DNA of 32,000 nt from contig NC_004460.2 in assembly GCF_000039765.1 (NCBI RefSeq), positions 510,001-542,000 on the forward strand. Reading direction: 5' to 3'. Both the position numbers and the translations under genes were made by a program. Source of the DNA: Vibrio vulnificus CMCP6. GTDB taxonomy: Bacteria > Pseudomonadota > Gammaproteobacteria > Enterobacterales > Vibrionaceae. Shown in pieces: positions 1-12,400 of the stretch; the first letter of the stretch is position 1, and each line of letters starts with the position of its first letter. The notes under the pieces are model-generated. The model saw nothing but the letters and a program-made list of their open reading frames with translations. It was not told where the DNA came from and did no database searches.

Positions 1-328
1 CCGCGACACCGGGCAGTATATTTTTACCAAAGGTGGTTGCCGCTGCGAGCACGTGGGTATAAGGCTCACTCAACTGCGCCATCACGGACACAATGTTCTC
101 TGCCAAACGATGTTGATAGGCCGGCGAATCCAACACCATGATCTCTGCGATTCCGTCGATACGCTGTGCATGTTCGACCACGGCATCACATTGATGGCCA
201 ATGATCAGCGCCGTAATGCCCTCAGGTTGCAATTGCAACGCCGCGCTCATGGCTCGTAAGCTTTCAGGACAAATATTCCGGTCATTATGCTCAGTCAGGA
301 ACAGCACTTTTACGTCATTCTTTTCCAT
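1..328 (-). CDS. etfA: Electron transfer flavoprotein alpha subunit, N-terminal part (runs off left edge)
   Basis: Not in the ORF track because it is truncated. Reverse translation from ATG at 328 gives MEKNDVKVLFLTEHNDRNICPESLRAMSAALQLQPEGITALIIGHQ...VLAAATTFGKNILPGVA, typical of an EtfA N-terminus. GGAGAG lies upstream and the gene follows etfB directly. Confidence 0.85.
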   Translation of the reverse strand, partial: MEKNDVKVLFLTEHNDRNICPESLRAMSAALQLQPEGITALIIGHQCDAVVEHAQRIDGIAEIMVLDSPAYQHRLAENIVSVMAQLSEPYTHVLAAATTFGKNILPGVA

Positions 329-359
329 CACTTTACTCTCTCCATTATCACGGCTGGCA

Positions 360-1136
360 TTACAGCACCTTGGCGTCGTTTTTTAATTTTTCGATGAGCT
401 GATCCACATTCGCCACCCGCTCTCCGGCTTTGCGCTCTGTTGGTGTGTTCACCGTCAGCAATTGCTGATGAGATTTAACCTCAATGGAAAGCTGTTGTAG
501 TGTGATCACATCCAGCGGTTTCTTCTTGGCTTTCATGATGTTGGGTAAAGAGGCATATCGCGGCTCATTAAGGCGCAGATCCGTACTGATGATGGCAGGA
601 AGTACTAATCGCAACTCCTCCAACCCGCCGTCGACTTCTCGCGTCACGTTGACCTGCTCACCCGAGACAACGACTTTGGAAGCAAACGTCGCGCAAGGTC
701 TTTGGCTCAATGCCGCCAGCATTTGCGGCACTTGGTTGTTATCACTGTCGACGGACTGTTTTCCCAGCAGCACTAATCCAACCGATTCTTGCTCCATCAG
801 ACGATGCAGAATTTTCGCCACCGTGAGCGGTTCTACAGCCAACACATTTTGCGCATTCTCCACCACAGAAGAGAGATCGACATGAATCGCTCTATCCGCC
901 CCCAGCGCCAACGCAGCTCTCAATTGCTCTTGGCAGCTTTCGTCACCGATGGAGACAACGATCACTTCCTCAGCATGGCCCGCTTCTTTGACCCGCACGG
1001 CCTCTTCTACCGCGATTTCACAAAACGGATTGAGCGTCATTTTCACGTTGGTCATTTCAACGCCAGAACCGTCCGCTTTCACACGCGCTTTGAGATAAGG
1101 GTCGATCACGCGTTTGATACCCACCAATACTTTCAC
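360..1136 (-). CDS. etfB: Electron transfer flavoprotein beta subunit
   Basis: 258-aa ORF MKVLVGIKRVIDPYLKARVKADGSGVEMTNVKMTLNPFCEIAVEEAVRVKE... with classic EtfB motifs, upstream of etfA on the same strand. Confidence 0.95.
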   Translation of the reverse strand: MKVLVGIKRVIDPYLKARVKADGSGVEMTNVKMTLNPFCEIAVEEAVRVKEAGHAEEVIVVSIGDESCQEQLRAALALGADRAIHVDLSSVVENAQNVLAVEPLTVAKILHRLMEQESVGLVLLGKQSVDSDNNQVPQMLAALSQRPCATFASKVVVSGEQVNVTREVDGGLEELRLVLPAIISTDLRLNEPRYASLPNIMKAKKKPLDVITLQQLSIEVKSHQQLLTVNTPTERKAGERVANVDQLIEKLKNDAKVL

Positions 1137-1341
1137 GTAGCCTCCTTAATGGACATCACCAACCATTTGAAATAAAAGCCATTTACTCAATCTCTTTACT
1201 TCAATGTCGTCAAATACTGTCCGAAGATTTATTGCATTAACATTTGTGCAACATGGTAATTTCAGCTTAGTAAAGTTTACGTTTACGTCAACTGGACTAT
1301 ATTTAAGCCAATGAACGACTCTGTAGCGGCAGGTTTACATT

Positions 1342-3009
1342 ATGGAAAGAGAATGCATGGAATTCGACGTGGTTATCGTTGGTGCGGGGCCAGCTGGTCT
1401 GTCAGCCGCTTGTCGTTTGGCGCAACTCGCCCAAGCCTCCAATCAAAGCCTCTCCATTTGTGTGTTAGAAAAGGGCTCAGAAGTGGGTGCGCATATCCTT
1501 TCTGGCGCACTGTTTGAAACTCGCGCATTGGCAGAACTTTTTCCCGATTGGCAGGATCAAGGGGCGCCAGTCGACACGCCCATCACGCAAGATCGCCTGC
1601 TTTACCTCACTACCGAGCATAACCACATTGAAGTGCCTGCCTTTCTGGTGCCTAAATCACTTCATAATAGCAGTGACAACTATGTGGTCAGTTTGGGTAA
1701 TCTCTGCCGCTGGTTGGCCAAACAAGCAGAAGCCCTCGGTGTAGAGGTGTTTGCTGGCTTTCCCGCTAAAGAGGTGGTAATTAATGAAAGTGACATTGTC
1801 ACTGGTGTCATTACCACCGACATGGGCCTAGACAAGCAATCTCAGCCTAAAGCAGGATTTGAAGCGGGCATCGAGCTAAAAGCGCGCTTTACCGTGTTTG
1901 CCGAAGGCGCGCGTGGTCATTTGGGTAAACAACTGATTGAGCACTTTGCTCTCGACCAAGGAAAGCCGCCACAACACTACGCTCTAGGGATCAAAGAAAT
2001 TTGGCAACTGCCTCAAGAGAACCCAGCCTATCAAGCAGGCCACGTCACCCACTTTGCTGGCTGGCCTTTAAGTGACACTGACAGCCAAGGGGGGGGCTTT
2101 CTATACCATATGGATAATCATCAAGTTTGCGTTGGTTTGATCACAGACCTGAACTACAGCAACCCCTACCTCAGTCCATTTGAAGAATTTCAACGCATGA
2201 AGCATCACCCCGCTATCGCCTCGCTATTGCAAGGCGCGGAGCGCGTCGCTTACGGTGCCAGAGCCATCACCAAGGGCGGGCTGCATTCACTGCCCAAGCA
2301 GCAGTTTGCTGGAGGATTACTGATTGGTTGCGATGCTGGCACCCTAAATAGTGGCAAGATCAAGGGCTGCCATACGGCGATGAAATCGGGCATGCTCGCC
2401 GCTGAGGCCATTTTCAAGGCGTGGCAATCGCCCGAGCAAAATACTGAAGCGGACTATCAAAGTGAATTTGAACAATCTTGGCTTTTTGATGAGCTCGCGC
2501 AGACGAAAAACTTCTCTGCCGCCCTACATCGCTACGGGCCGCTCGTTGGTGGGGCTCTGAATACCTTTGAACAAAATCTCTGGTATCCTCTCACCGGGCA
2601 GGCCCCCAGTTGGCATATTGTGGATGATAGAGCGGATCACCTTTGTTTGGATGAGTGCGCCGTTGTCACTCCCATTGCGTACCCAAAAGCGGATGGAGTA
2701 TTGAGCTTTGACAAACCCTCATCACTTTATCTTTCCGCCACTCAGCATGAGGAAAATCAGCCCTGCCACCTGATGGTAAACGATCTCGACACGGCACTCA
2801 AACGCCACCTGAATTTGTACGATGAGCCTGCACAACGCTATTGCCCCGCTGGTGTGTATGAGGTTATCGAAGGCGAAAGTGGTCCCTATTTGCAAATTAA
2901 TGCCGCCAACTGTTTACACTGTAAAACCTGCGACATCAAAGATCCGTCAGGGAACATTACGTGGACACCACCAGAAGGCGGTGGTGGACCGAACTACCAA
3001 AATATGTAA
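1342..3009 (+). CDS. Electron transfer flavoprotein-ubiquinone oxidoreductase (ETF-QO)
   Basis: 555-aa ORF with N-terminal FAD motif (VVIVGAGPAGLSAACRLAQ) and C-terminal 4Fe-4S region (INAANCLHCKTCDIKDPSGNITWTPPEGGGGPNYQNM). Start may be the second Met (MEFDVVIVG). Confidence 0.95.
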   Translation: MERECMEFDVVIVGAGPAGLSAACRLAQLAQASNQSLSICVLEKGSEVGAHILSGALFETRALAELFPDWQDQGAPVDTPITQDRLLYLTTEHNHIEVPAFLVPKSLHNSSDNYVVSLGNLCRWLAKQAEALGVEVFAGFPAKEVVINESDIVTGVITTDMGLDKQSQPKAGFEAGIELKARFTVFAEGARGHLGKQLIEHFALDQGKPPQHYALGIKEIWQLPQENPAYQAGHVTHFAGWPLSDTDSQGGGFLYHMDNHQVCVGLITDLNYSNPYLSPFEEFQRMKHHPAIASLLQGAERVAYGARAITKGGLHSLPKQQFAGGLLIGCDAGTLNSGKIKGCHTAMKSGMLAAEAIFKAWQSPEQNTEADYQSEFEQSWLFDELAQTKNFSAALHRYGPLVGGALNTFEQNLWYPLTGQAPSWHIVDDRADHLCLDECAVVTPIAYPKADGVLSFDKPSSLYLSATQHEENQPCHLMVNDLDTALKRHLNLYDEPAQRYCPAGVYEVIEGESGPYLQINAANCLHCKTCDIKDPSGNITWTPPEGGGGPNYQNM

Positions 3010-3410
3010 ATCGAGTTGCCACACAATACTCGGCTTCAAAAAATACTTCGATGGAAAATACCTTGTTTGAAAAATAGCTGTTTAGAAAGTACCAAGCTCG
3101 AAGCGGAGGCCGTCTCGAATCAAAAATTAAACACGCTTCGATTGGATGAAGCGCACTTTGCTTTCTATGCTTATGTCAATAAGTCGAATTGAGGTTAAAG
3201 CAGTATGAGAAATCAAACCGATTTCTCTAGCAATCATTCAAATATTAAGTGATAAACACTAAGTTTCATTTAAAGCTCAAAATAAATATCGCCAACTAAT
3301 GATAAAAATGATAAATTACACGAAATTTTGGTAGGAAATCACACTTTTTAATATATGGATGTAGGTTGCAATGGCAATAATTGATACCAAGCATAGAAGG
3401 TAACTCATTC

Positions 3411-5042
3411 ATGTTTATTAAGAATCTATCAATCGGCAAGAAAATCGCAGCAGCATTTTCAATCATAGCCGTCATCAATATCGCATTTGGGATATTTTTG
3501 TCTACAGAGCTCAATACGGTAAAATCCGAGCTATTAAACTACACCGAAGATACATTACCTGCGATGGAAAAAGTGGATGCTGTACGAGATAAAATCTCAT
3601 ATTGGCGTCGTACTCAATTTGCGGTGTTCGCGATGAACGACGAAAACCAAATCAAACAGACCATCACACGTAACGAAGGCATCCGTCGAGAGATCGAAAC
3701 GGAACTCGCCGCGTATGGAAAAAGCGTCTGGCCAGGTGAAGAAGAGCAAACCTACAACCGTTTGATGTCACTTTGGAGTGGTTACCTCAGCACCATGGAT
3801 AAGTTTAACGACGCATTGCTTGCAGGCGACAAAGACGCCGCTTATCCAATCCTCACCAACTCCCTGTCGACCTTTGAATCGATTGAGACGGAAGTGAACA
3901 AGTTGGTGATGATTCTCAAAGGCGCAATGGACAGCAACAAGAATCAAATTCTGTCGTCTGTTAACGGCCTAAACACCACTGCTGTTATCAGCAATATCGC
4001 TATCTTTGCTGTGATGGTGATCATGACGCTGCTATTAACTCGTATCATTTGTGGGCCACTGAATATCGTTGTTCGTCAGGCGAACGCCATTGCACGTGGT
4101 GATCTGTCGCAAGATCTCGACCGTAACGCGATCGGTAACGATGAGTTGGGCGAGCTGGCAGACGCCACCATTAAGATGCAAGACGATTTGCGCCAAGTGA
4201 TCGACAACGTGATTGCCGCTGTAACCCAATTGAGCAGTGCTGTAGAAGAGATGACACAGATCTCTGAAATGTCCGCTTCTGGCATGAAAGATCAACAAAT
4301 GCAGGTGACGTTGGTTGCGACCGCCATGACTGAAATGAAAGCCGCAGTGGCAGACGTTGCACGCAACACCGAAGACTCTGCATCGCAAGCGTACGACGCG
4401 AATCGCCGTACTCAAGATGGTGCGAAAGAGACGCATCAAATGGTGGTATCGATCGAAGAGGTGGCCGACATCATCGCCAAAGCGGGCGACACGGTGGCCG
4501 AGCTTGAAGCGCAATCGAACCAGATCAACGTTGTGGTGGATGTGATTCGTGGTATTGCTGACCAAACCAACCTCTTGGCACTGAATGCAGCCATTGAAGC
4601 GGCGCGCGCTGGCGAATCTGGCCGTGGCTTTGCGGTTGTTGCCGATGAAGTGAGAACCTTGGCAGGCCGCACTCAAGATTCAACCGGTGAAATCACGTCT
4701 ATCATCGAGAAACTTCAGGATTTGGCAAAACAAGCCAAACACGCGACCGAAGATTCAAGAACCAGCATCGGTGCTTGTGTTGAGCAAGGTAACAACGCAC
4801 AGGAATTAATGGGCTCGATTGAAAAGTCCATCGCGAACATCGCAGACATGGGCGCGCAAATTGCCACCGCATGTGGACAACAAGATTCCGTTGCGGAAGA
4901 ACTCAGCCGCAATATAGAGAACATTCACATGGCTTCGCAAGAAGTTGCGCAAGGGTCGCAGCAAACCGCGCAAGCGTGCCGTGAATTGACTCAACTTTCC
5001 GTCTCGCTGCAAGACGTCATGAGTCGTTTCAAATTGAATTAA
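3411..5042 (+). CDS. Methyl-accepting chemotaxis protein with 4HB-MCP-like ligand-binding domain, HAMP and MA signalling domain
   Basis: [30 protein letters not shown]... two TM segments, HAMP ([19 protein letters not shown]), signalling tip [16 protein letters not shown] preceded by [38 protein letters not shown] at 3411 with AAGG upstream is preferred over the TTG start at 3381 given in the track. Confidence 0.95.
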   Translation: MFIKNLSIGKKIAAAFSIIAVINIAFGIFLSTELNTVKSELLNYTEDTLPAMEKVDAVRDKISYWRRTQFAVFAMNDENQIKQTITRNEGIRREIETELAAYGKSVWPGEEEQTYNRLMSLWSGYLSTMDKFNDALLAGDKDAAYPILTNSLSTFESIETEVNKLVMILKGAMDSNKNQILSSVNGLNTTAVISNIAIFAVMVIMTLLLTRIICGPLNIVVRQANAIARGDLSQDLDRNAIGNDELGELADATIKMQDDLRQVIDNVIAAVTQLSSAVEEMTQISEMSASGMKDQQMQVTLVATAMTEMKAAVADVARNTEDSASQAYDANRRTQDGAKETHQMVVSIEEVADIIAKAGDTVAELEAQSNQINVVVDVIRGIADQTNLLALNAAIEAARAGESGRGFAVVADEVRTLAGRTQDSTGEITSIIEKLQDLAKQAKHATEDSRTSIGACVEQGNNAQELMGSIEKSIANIADMGAQIATACGQQDSVAEELSRNIENIHMASQEVAQGSQQTAQACRELTQLSVSLQDVMSRFKLN

Positions 5043-5049
5043 TACAACC

Positions 5050-5075
5050 ACCCCGGCCTGAGTGCTGGGGTTTTT
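5050..5075 (+). terminator. Rho-independent terminator of the MCP gene
   Basis: ccccggcctgagtgctggggttttt: GC-rich hairpin plus T-run immediately after the stop codon. Confidence 0.75.
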
Positions 5076-5089
5076 CTTAGGGAAATAAC

Positions 5090-6316
5090 ATGAACTTTAA
5101 AAAGACCCTTCTATCCATTGCCATCGCTAGCGCCAGTCTCACTCCGGCTTTCTCTTACAGCGCACCTCTCTTACTCGACAACACGGTTCACCAAACCAGC
5201 CAAATCGCTGGGGCCAATGCTTGGCTCGAAATCAGCCTCGGCCAATTCAAAAGCAACATTGAACAATTTAAATCGCACATTGCCCCACAAACCAAAATTT
5301 GTGCGGTGATGAAAGCCGACGCTTATGGCAACGGAATTCGTGGTTTGATGCCAACCATTCTTGAACAACAAATTCCCTGCGTGGCTATCGCCAGTAATGC
5401 GGAGGCTAAACTCGTCCGAGAAAGTGGGTTTGAAGGCGAGTTAATTCGCGTGCGCTCCGCTAGCACAAGTGAAATTGAACAGGCACTCTCTCTTGATATC
5501 GAAGAGTTAATTGGCAGTGAGCAACAAGCTCGTGAGTTAGCAAGCTTGGCAGAAAAGTACAGCAAAACCATTAAAGTTCACCTTGCTCTTAATGACGGTG
5601 GCATGGGCCGTAATGGTATTGATATGAGTACCGAACGTGGACCAAAAGAAGCAGTCGCCATTGCAACGCACCCTTCGGTTGCCGTGGTCGGTATCATGAC
5701 CCATTTCCCGAATTACAATGCAGAGGATGTACGAACAAAGCTAAAAAGCTTTAACCAACATGCACAGTGGTTAATGGAAAGTGCAGGGCTAAAACGTGAA
5801 GAGATCACCCTACATGTGGCCAATTCCTACACCGCGTTGAATGTCCCTGAAGCGCAGTTGGATATGGTTCGCCCAGGTGGTGTGCTCTATGGTGATCTCC
5901 CGACCAACCCTGAGTACCCTTCTATTGTGGCGTTCAAAACCCGCGTTGCTTCACTTCATTCGCTTCCGGCAGGCAGCACCGTGGGTTACGACAGCACGTT
6001 TACCACAGCAAATGACGCAGTGATGGCAAACCTCACGGTCGGCTATTCCGATGGCTACCCACGAAAAATGGGCAACAAAGCGCAAGTGCTGATCAACGGC
6101 CAACGCGCCAATGTGGTGGGCGTTGCTTCAATGAATACTACGATGGTGGATGTGTCCAATATCAAAGGCGTGTTACCCGGCGATGAGGTGACGCTCTTTG
6201 GTGCTCAAAAAAACCAGCACATCTCTGTCGGTGAAATGGAAGAAAACGCCGAGGTAATTTTCCCAGAGCTTTACACCATTTGGGGCACCAGCAACCCGCG
6301 CTTCTATGTGAAGTGA
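5090..6316 (+). CDS. Secreted alanine racemase / broad-spectrum amino-acid racemase-like PLP enzyme
   Basis: 408 aa. Sec signal peptide ([26 protein letters not shown]), then fold-type III racemase motifs [13 protein letters not shown] (PLP lysine), [54 protein letters not shown]. Confidence 0.9.
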   Translation: MNFKKTLLSIAIASASLTPAFSYSAPLLLDNTVHQTSQIAGANAWLEISLGQFKSNIEQFKSHIAPQTKICAVMKADAYGNGIRGLMPTILEQQIPCVAIASNAEAKLVRESGFEGELIRVRSASTSEIEQALSLDIEELIGSEQQARELASLAEKYSKTIKVHLALNDGGMGRNGIDMSTERGPKEAVAIATHPSVAVVGIMTHFPNYNAEDVRTKLKSFNQHAQWLMESAGLKREEITLHVANSYTALNVPEAQLDMVRPGGVLYGDLPTNPEYPSIVAFKTRVASLHSLPAGSTVGYDSTFTTANDAVMANLTVGYSDGYPRKMGNKAQVLINGQRANVVGVASMNTTMVDVSNIKGVLPGDEVTLFGAQKNQHISVGEMEENAEVIFPELYTIWGTSNPRFYVK

Positions 6317-6414
6317 AACAGGTAAAAGCGGATTGATTAGAGAGAATGGTATAACAACTAAGACTCTATACTCGTGCCTCGTTGAACACCACAAATGAGA
6401 TAACGTTGATGCCA

Positions 6415-6444
6415 TAAAAAAGCCGCCTTTATTCAGGCGGCTTT
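6415..6444 (-). terminator. Rho-independent terminator of rtxA, possibly bidirectional
   Basis: Plus strand aaaaaagccgcctttattcaggcggcttt. On the minus strand it reads aaagccgcctgaataaaggcggctttttt, between convergent racemase and rtxA. Confidence 0.85.
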
Positions 6445-6465
6445 GATATTAATGGAAGGTGAATA

Positions 6466-9400
6466 TTACACCGTTATACCCTTTTTATGGACAACGTCTG
6501 CCCACGCAGTGGTAATCGCCACGCGAGATTTGCTGTCTAGGTTATCGATGAATCCATTGTCACCCGCCTGAGGGTCAAAGCCACTCATGGCTTGTACCAG
6601 CGCATCAATTGCACTCTCAGACAAGGTGGTGTACTCACGTTCACCCGTCGCGTCTTTCTCACCCATTGCGATGATCACCTGCGCTCGATTACCGTTAAAG
6701 TAATCACTGAACGTCACCGAACCAATATGCTCAAACTTCGCTTGGTCACTGTCGCTTGCCGGGTCACGAAGAATAGACAACTTCAGGTCATATCCGCTGC
6801 GTTCGAACCACAGTTTCTGCCAATCGATGCCATTGAAGACAATGTTATCTTCGCTGCGAATGTCTTCAACAAGGTTGTCGATAACATCACCGCTCACCAC
6901 AAAGCTGTCCACATCCGTGCCACCTTTGAACGTGTTTTGATAACCACCCAACACCATCAGATCGTGCCCTTCGCCACCGTTGAATTGACTGAACTTAGAG
7001 ATGGCCGCTGCGATGAGATGGTCTTCGCCCTCACCGCCATTCAACACGGCGTGATAGCCCATTAGCTTCACAACATCGTTGCCAGCGCTTGCATTGATGC
7101 GGTTGTAGTTACCGAAGACATTAGCAAAGTCATTGCCAGCGCCTAGCTCTACTTGGTTGTTGTTGCCAATCGTAACGGAGTAGTCTTGATCGTCACCCGT
7201 ATCCACACGGTTGAAGTTGCCAGACGTCACCACGTAGTCACGGCCTGAACCGGTGTCAATTTCACCGCCCTCACCAAAGACAAACGACTGGTCATCACCG
7301 GCACCAAGGAAGACATGGTTAATGCGTCCTGCAACCACTGCTGTGTCGTTGCCATCACCGCCAAACATCATGTTTTCACGTCCCATCAGAACGCCCATGT
7401 CGTTGCCTTCGCCGCCCGTGAAGATGTTTGACGTGCCTGTTGCGTAGAACACATCATCGCCTCGTCCGCCCCAGAAGTTGTTGTTGTCTCCTAGATACGC
7501 TCCGAGATCTTTACCATCACCACCCCAGTTGAAGTTGTAGTTTCCTAGGGAGATGTTGATATCACCATCACCTTGGAGATGACCACTGTTACGAAGGAAA
7601 TCAAACGTTTTCTCTTTCATATTCAGCAGATCAGCGGTGAGATTCTCTTTGAGATTTTCCACCAGCGATTTCATCTCTTTCTGCTTGTCTTGACTAAAGA
7701 TAGTGGCGAACAAGTTCGGCAGGTTAAGCGAGTTAAAGCCAAAGGCACGATCTGGTGTTTCTGCTGTTTCAGTGCTGCCATCAGCCACCGTCGCGCCTTG
7801 TGCACTGTTTACGTTCGCACCATTAACAGAAACCGAAGAGTTGTCCTCTTCCTCTTCTGGCGCCTTCTCTTTCAGTCCATGAGTTTCAGCAAAAGACTTA
7901 ATGCCATCCGCCCCCATGTTGATACCCGACTTCAAGCTATCCAGTAACTTAGCTGGGTCGACAAAGGCTTGCAGTTGATCACCACTGAACTCACCAATGA
8001 CCTCCAACATCTCTTTGAGAATCGCCACGCCGTCAACGGCTTCACCATTACGCGAAACAATGTGACCTGACGCGGTGTAATCCACACCAAAAATATCCGC
8101 TAGCGTGGTCTCGGCTCCTACACCCGCTAACTGCCCAAGTAGCTTGTTCTTAAGCTGACGAGGCAAATCTTCTGGCGTGTAGGTGAAGGTTGTCTTGGCC
8201 TGACCCGTAGCAGAGAACTGCTGTGTCATGAGGCCAAACAGTGAGCCTAGGTTGGTATCCAAAATAGACTGGATGTTGTCACCAAACATGAAGTTCCAGT
8301 TACCTGTCGTCACTTGGATATCCGCACCTTGACCACCCACGGCAAAGTTAAACGCAAGCTTTTCATTGGCTTGACGAAGCTTATCTGCGCGGCTGAGCTT
8401 GCTGGTGTCAGAATCGCTATTGCCACTTAACCATTGATTGTACTGCTTGTTCAGAGCCGCTTCTGCATCGTGCTTCAAGCCACGGCTGCTTCGCTCGTTC
8501 TGCGAGTCTAGTTCAACCAAACTGGTGTAATCAACGCTGCTGCTCTGATCCAAACCAGACATATCTTTGACAAACTTCTTGGCGCCAGACAATGTCCATT
8601 GCTGCTCTTGAGCCGCTAGCCAATCTTGGCCCTCACCCGAGGTGGCAATGCTTTGCAGTACGCCCGAAATACGAGCGGCACCATCGAACGGATTAACCAA
8701 TGGCGGAGTCGGAATCGACTTGTCCATCATCACAATCAGATCATTACTTCGACCTAAGTTGAAGCTCACATTACGATTACCGATGAACATTTGCGCACCT
8801 TCCAGTGCCTGATAACCACCAATATCGAAGCTGTGCTTGCTCTCACCATTGCCGATGTGAACCATGACGTTATTGTCACCAAAGGCCAGCGACTTAAAGC
8901 CACCCGTGCCGACTTTAATGCCCACATTCGATGTGCCCCAGTTCACTGCCGTAAACTCACCATCACCTACATTGACTTGAATGTTACCTGAGTAGCTGAG
9001 TTTATTGTTTGCAGAAGAAGATGAGGTTTCTGTCTCCGCTTTGCGTTTTTCTGGCGCATCAAACACATCATTGTTGCCACCGATTGCACCACGAGCTGGC
9101 TCGTCAACGTCGCTGACACCAATACGAGAGAGATCGATGTCGCCTTCCGCAATACCATTGCGAATACGTTCATCCTTGGCAACAACTTCACCTTGCTCGT
9201 CCCAGCTTAGCGAAACTTTGTTGTTTTCTGCTTTTTGGACCCAATCGCCATTCGCGTCCTTGGTATGTTTACGCCCTGCCTCGTCTACCGCCAGTTCAGA
9301 ACTGCGTACAGAGACATCGACACGAAGACCATTCGCATCCATCGCGTTAATAAACTGATGACCAAAGCCTTTTTGCTTGTCGTCACTCACCAAAGAACAA

Positions 9401-12400
9401 CCAACAATACTGATATGATCAGGCTTATTGTTGATGTTTTCCGCTTGATTAAACGACTGTTGGAACTTGGCCAATTTCACGGCCAGCTCATCGGCACTGT
9501 AGCCACTTAAACGCGTGTTGTTACTTTCTGAGTCATCTCGACCATGACCTACTAACTGCCAACGTAGCTTTCCATCCAGCTTTGACGGATCCCCATACAC
9601 CACGCGATAGTTGCCGTCTGAATCGATCTGCACCACCACACTGCTTTCTGGGTGCTTACCCGCAAGGTTCGCAGCGGCTTTTGCAACGACATCATCGTTC
9701 TCCATTTGCACGATGATTTGACCATCAAAACGGCTTTCACCGCCGTCCGCGGTCGGAGTCACAACAACACGTTCCCAGTCATTCACATTTTGGTTGTGAA
9801 GAGCGGTATTTGCGCCACTCAAACTGCCCTTGAACGTGATCTTCGGTTTGTTAGCAACATCATCGTAGACAACACGTAGACTTACATCGTCTTGTTCAAC
9901 TGTGAACTGGTTCGAGTCACTGACTTTAAGCGCAGGAAGATCGAGACGGTGCGTGATACCAGGAACGAACCCTTCAATCCCTTTGTGAGACTGCAAATGC
10001 GCTTTACCGTAGATAGCAACGAACTTTTCGCCATCAGGCAGATTTTGTAATACTTCCACCGCAATGTTGTTCGCAGCACCAGCACGGTACATCAGACCAT
10101 GTTCTGTTCCCTGAACATTTGGACGCGCAGAGCTGTTTGCATCCAGCGCGACGATGCGCATACCGTTAGCACGTGCGTTTTCAAAAAGAGTGACATCGAG
10201 ATGCTTTGTTTTCAGCATTGCGCTTAGTTCACTCGACATCACACCCGTAGCTAGGTAGCGATCAATCAGCGGTTGCGCAAGGTCTGAGCGTAAATGCTCA
10301 AGGCCAATGACTGTGACTCCCTGTTTTTTCAGTGCATCCATCTGTTCATTAACAAAGCGTAGGCCGTTGACGTCGCTGCCATGCACTTCACCAATCAAGA
10401 GGCCTTTACGATCATCCAGAAGAACCGCAAGCTGCTCGTCAACGCCCGTTGCACTAGCAAGCTTATTCGTCAGCTCATCATAGCCTGTACCAGAGTAACG
10501 ACGATCCCAAGCGTCAATATCCGTCTCATGGCTACTGCGGTAGATACCTTCAATTTGATCCATTCGGTCGGAATCAAGTTGAGATAAGTAGCTTTGATCT
10601 GCAAATTTCTTCAGCAGTATCATTTCAGCTGAATCACCAGAAATCGGATCCGCTTTCTTCGCCGCTTCTTTCAGGAAGTAGAACGCCATTTGCACCGATT
10701 CAGCACCCGTCAAATCCTGAAGTTCTTGATAGCTATAGCCAAGATGAACCGTTTTAGTGGATTCATCCAACGTCGCTTTACTCAACAACCCGTTCGACTG
10801 GGACGTTTCTAACCACTGTTTGAAATCAGCGTAATGCTCACCTAGATCTACGTGGTACTTCGCATCAAAACCAAGGTCACTTGGCGTTTCGCCTTTGTAA
10901 CCATGCTTCGGTGCCAAGTATGGGTCTTCATTGGCCCAACGAACCATCATGTCCGTCAAACCTACGTGTTTACCGTTGGCTTCTTCAATCGCGACCATAA
11001 AGATACGAGCGGCAAGCTCCGGTCTTGTTTGTGCGATTGCATCAATACCCGCTTGGGCAACTTGCATCTTACCGATAAACAACGCACTGGTGACCTGCTC
11101 TTTCAACTGCGTTAGCGCTTGATTACGCCCCGAAGTTGGATGTTCAGCGATGTAGTCATTAATCTTCTTATTAAGCTCAAAGCTCGCTGCGATTTGATCG
11201 CGGCCTTTAGCCTGATGCACAAGGTCGAGTTGATCGAGAATACCTTGGTAGGATGCGCCAATCGGTTTAGCAAAAACTTTTGCTCTTTCTTTCAGCTCTT
11301 GCACCGTAAAGATTTGCGCTAAATCGACCACGACCTTGGTTTTATCACCCAATGCTTCGAGATCGCTCGCGACTCCACCCGTAGGCTTTTTAATCGGTGT
11401 AGCGTCAAACACAGGTAGATCTAGGATCCCCTGCATGGTGGTCTTGTCACCGAAGGTCGGCTTGTAGCTTGCTAATGTATTGCCATCCATTACCACCACG
11501 CGGTTGAAGATTGCTTCACCTGCGTCGTTTTTACCCAGCTTATAGCTTTGAGCCATGTTCAGATCGGACTTGCCGAAGAAACGCGTTAGGTAGTCGCCAA
11601 ACTTCTCTGCTGACGAAAACTCAACGATGCCAGCATTTGGATCGTAGAAGCCGTAAACACGATCGTCGCCTGAGCCTTTTGCCCAAGCTGCCATCGCATG
11701 CCCCGGAGCATCAAGTTCCAACAGCACAGGTTTACCGTTAGCCGATGCATCAGTGATTTTCTCAACCACACCGTTTACGGTCAGCGCTTGCTTCCCTTCC
11801 AGCTTTTCCTGCCACACTTTCATCGACGTATCATGCATTGGGTTCTTCGCATGAATGGCCGCCAAGCTGCTGAGCAACTTGCTTGCATTGGCTTTTTCAC
11901 TGTCTGAGTAAAGGGTTGGATTGCTCAGCACCGCTGCCGCAGAGTACATCTTTTCTAGCAGTTGTCTTGCCACGCCAACTTGACCATCGTTTTCAAGCTG
12001 TTTCGCAACCAAAACGAGTTTAGAAAGTGGATCACAACGCCCACCAAAACCGTCATTCGATAGGTTCAGCAGCATTAACTGTGGCGCAAGCTGTTCAGTC
12101 GCTTTCGCATCCACCACGCCAGCAGAAGCAATCTCACGGAACAATCGGTTGTACTTCTCAGACTTGTTCTGGAACGTCACTTTCAGTGCACGACTTTCGA
12201 TTTCCCAAGCAAGCGCACCTTTTTGCTCTGCACTCCAGTTACCTTTAACAAACAGATCCACCAGTTGCTTGATACTCATATCTGAGCGGAAGCCGTCAAC
12301 GATCTCTTTCGCATGGTCATTTTTGTAACCATTTAGGAAATCTTTAGTGGTGCGAATGTCTTTCGATTTACCCGGCACGCTCGTATCTGGTTTCAGCGCG

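Noticed and set aside
201-885. Plus-strand ORFs over etfA/etfB (201..386, 484..885, 789..1175)
   Set aside because: They overlap well-supported minus-strand etfA/etfB coding sequence and are antisense artefacts.
3010-3410. Possible hidden gene or remnant between ETF-QO and the MCP
   Set aside because: About 400 bp of AT-rich sequence. The only ORF listed (3296..3514, 72 aa, minus) overlaps the MCP start and has no family features, so it is most simply an intergenic/promoter region.
4035-4676. Minus-strand 213-aa ORF antisense to the MCP gene, plus other overlapping small ORFs
   Set aside because: The sense strand encodes an unambiguous MCP with HAMP and signalling domains; the antisense translation has no recognisable features.
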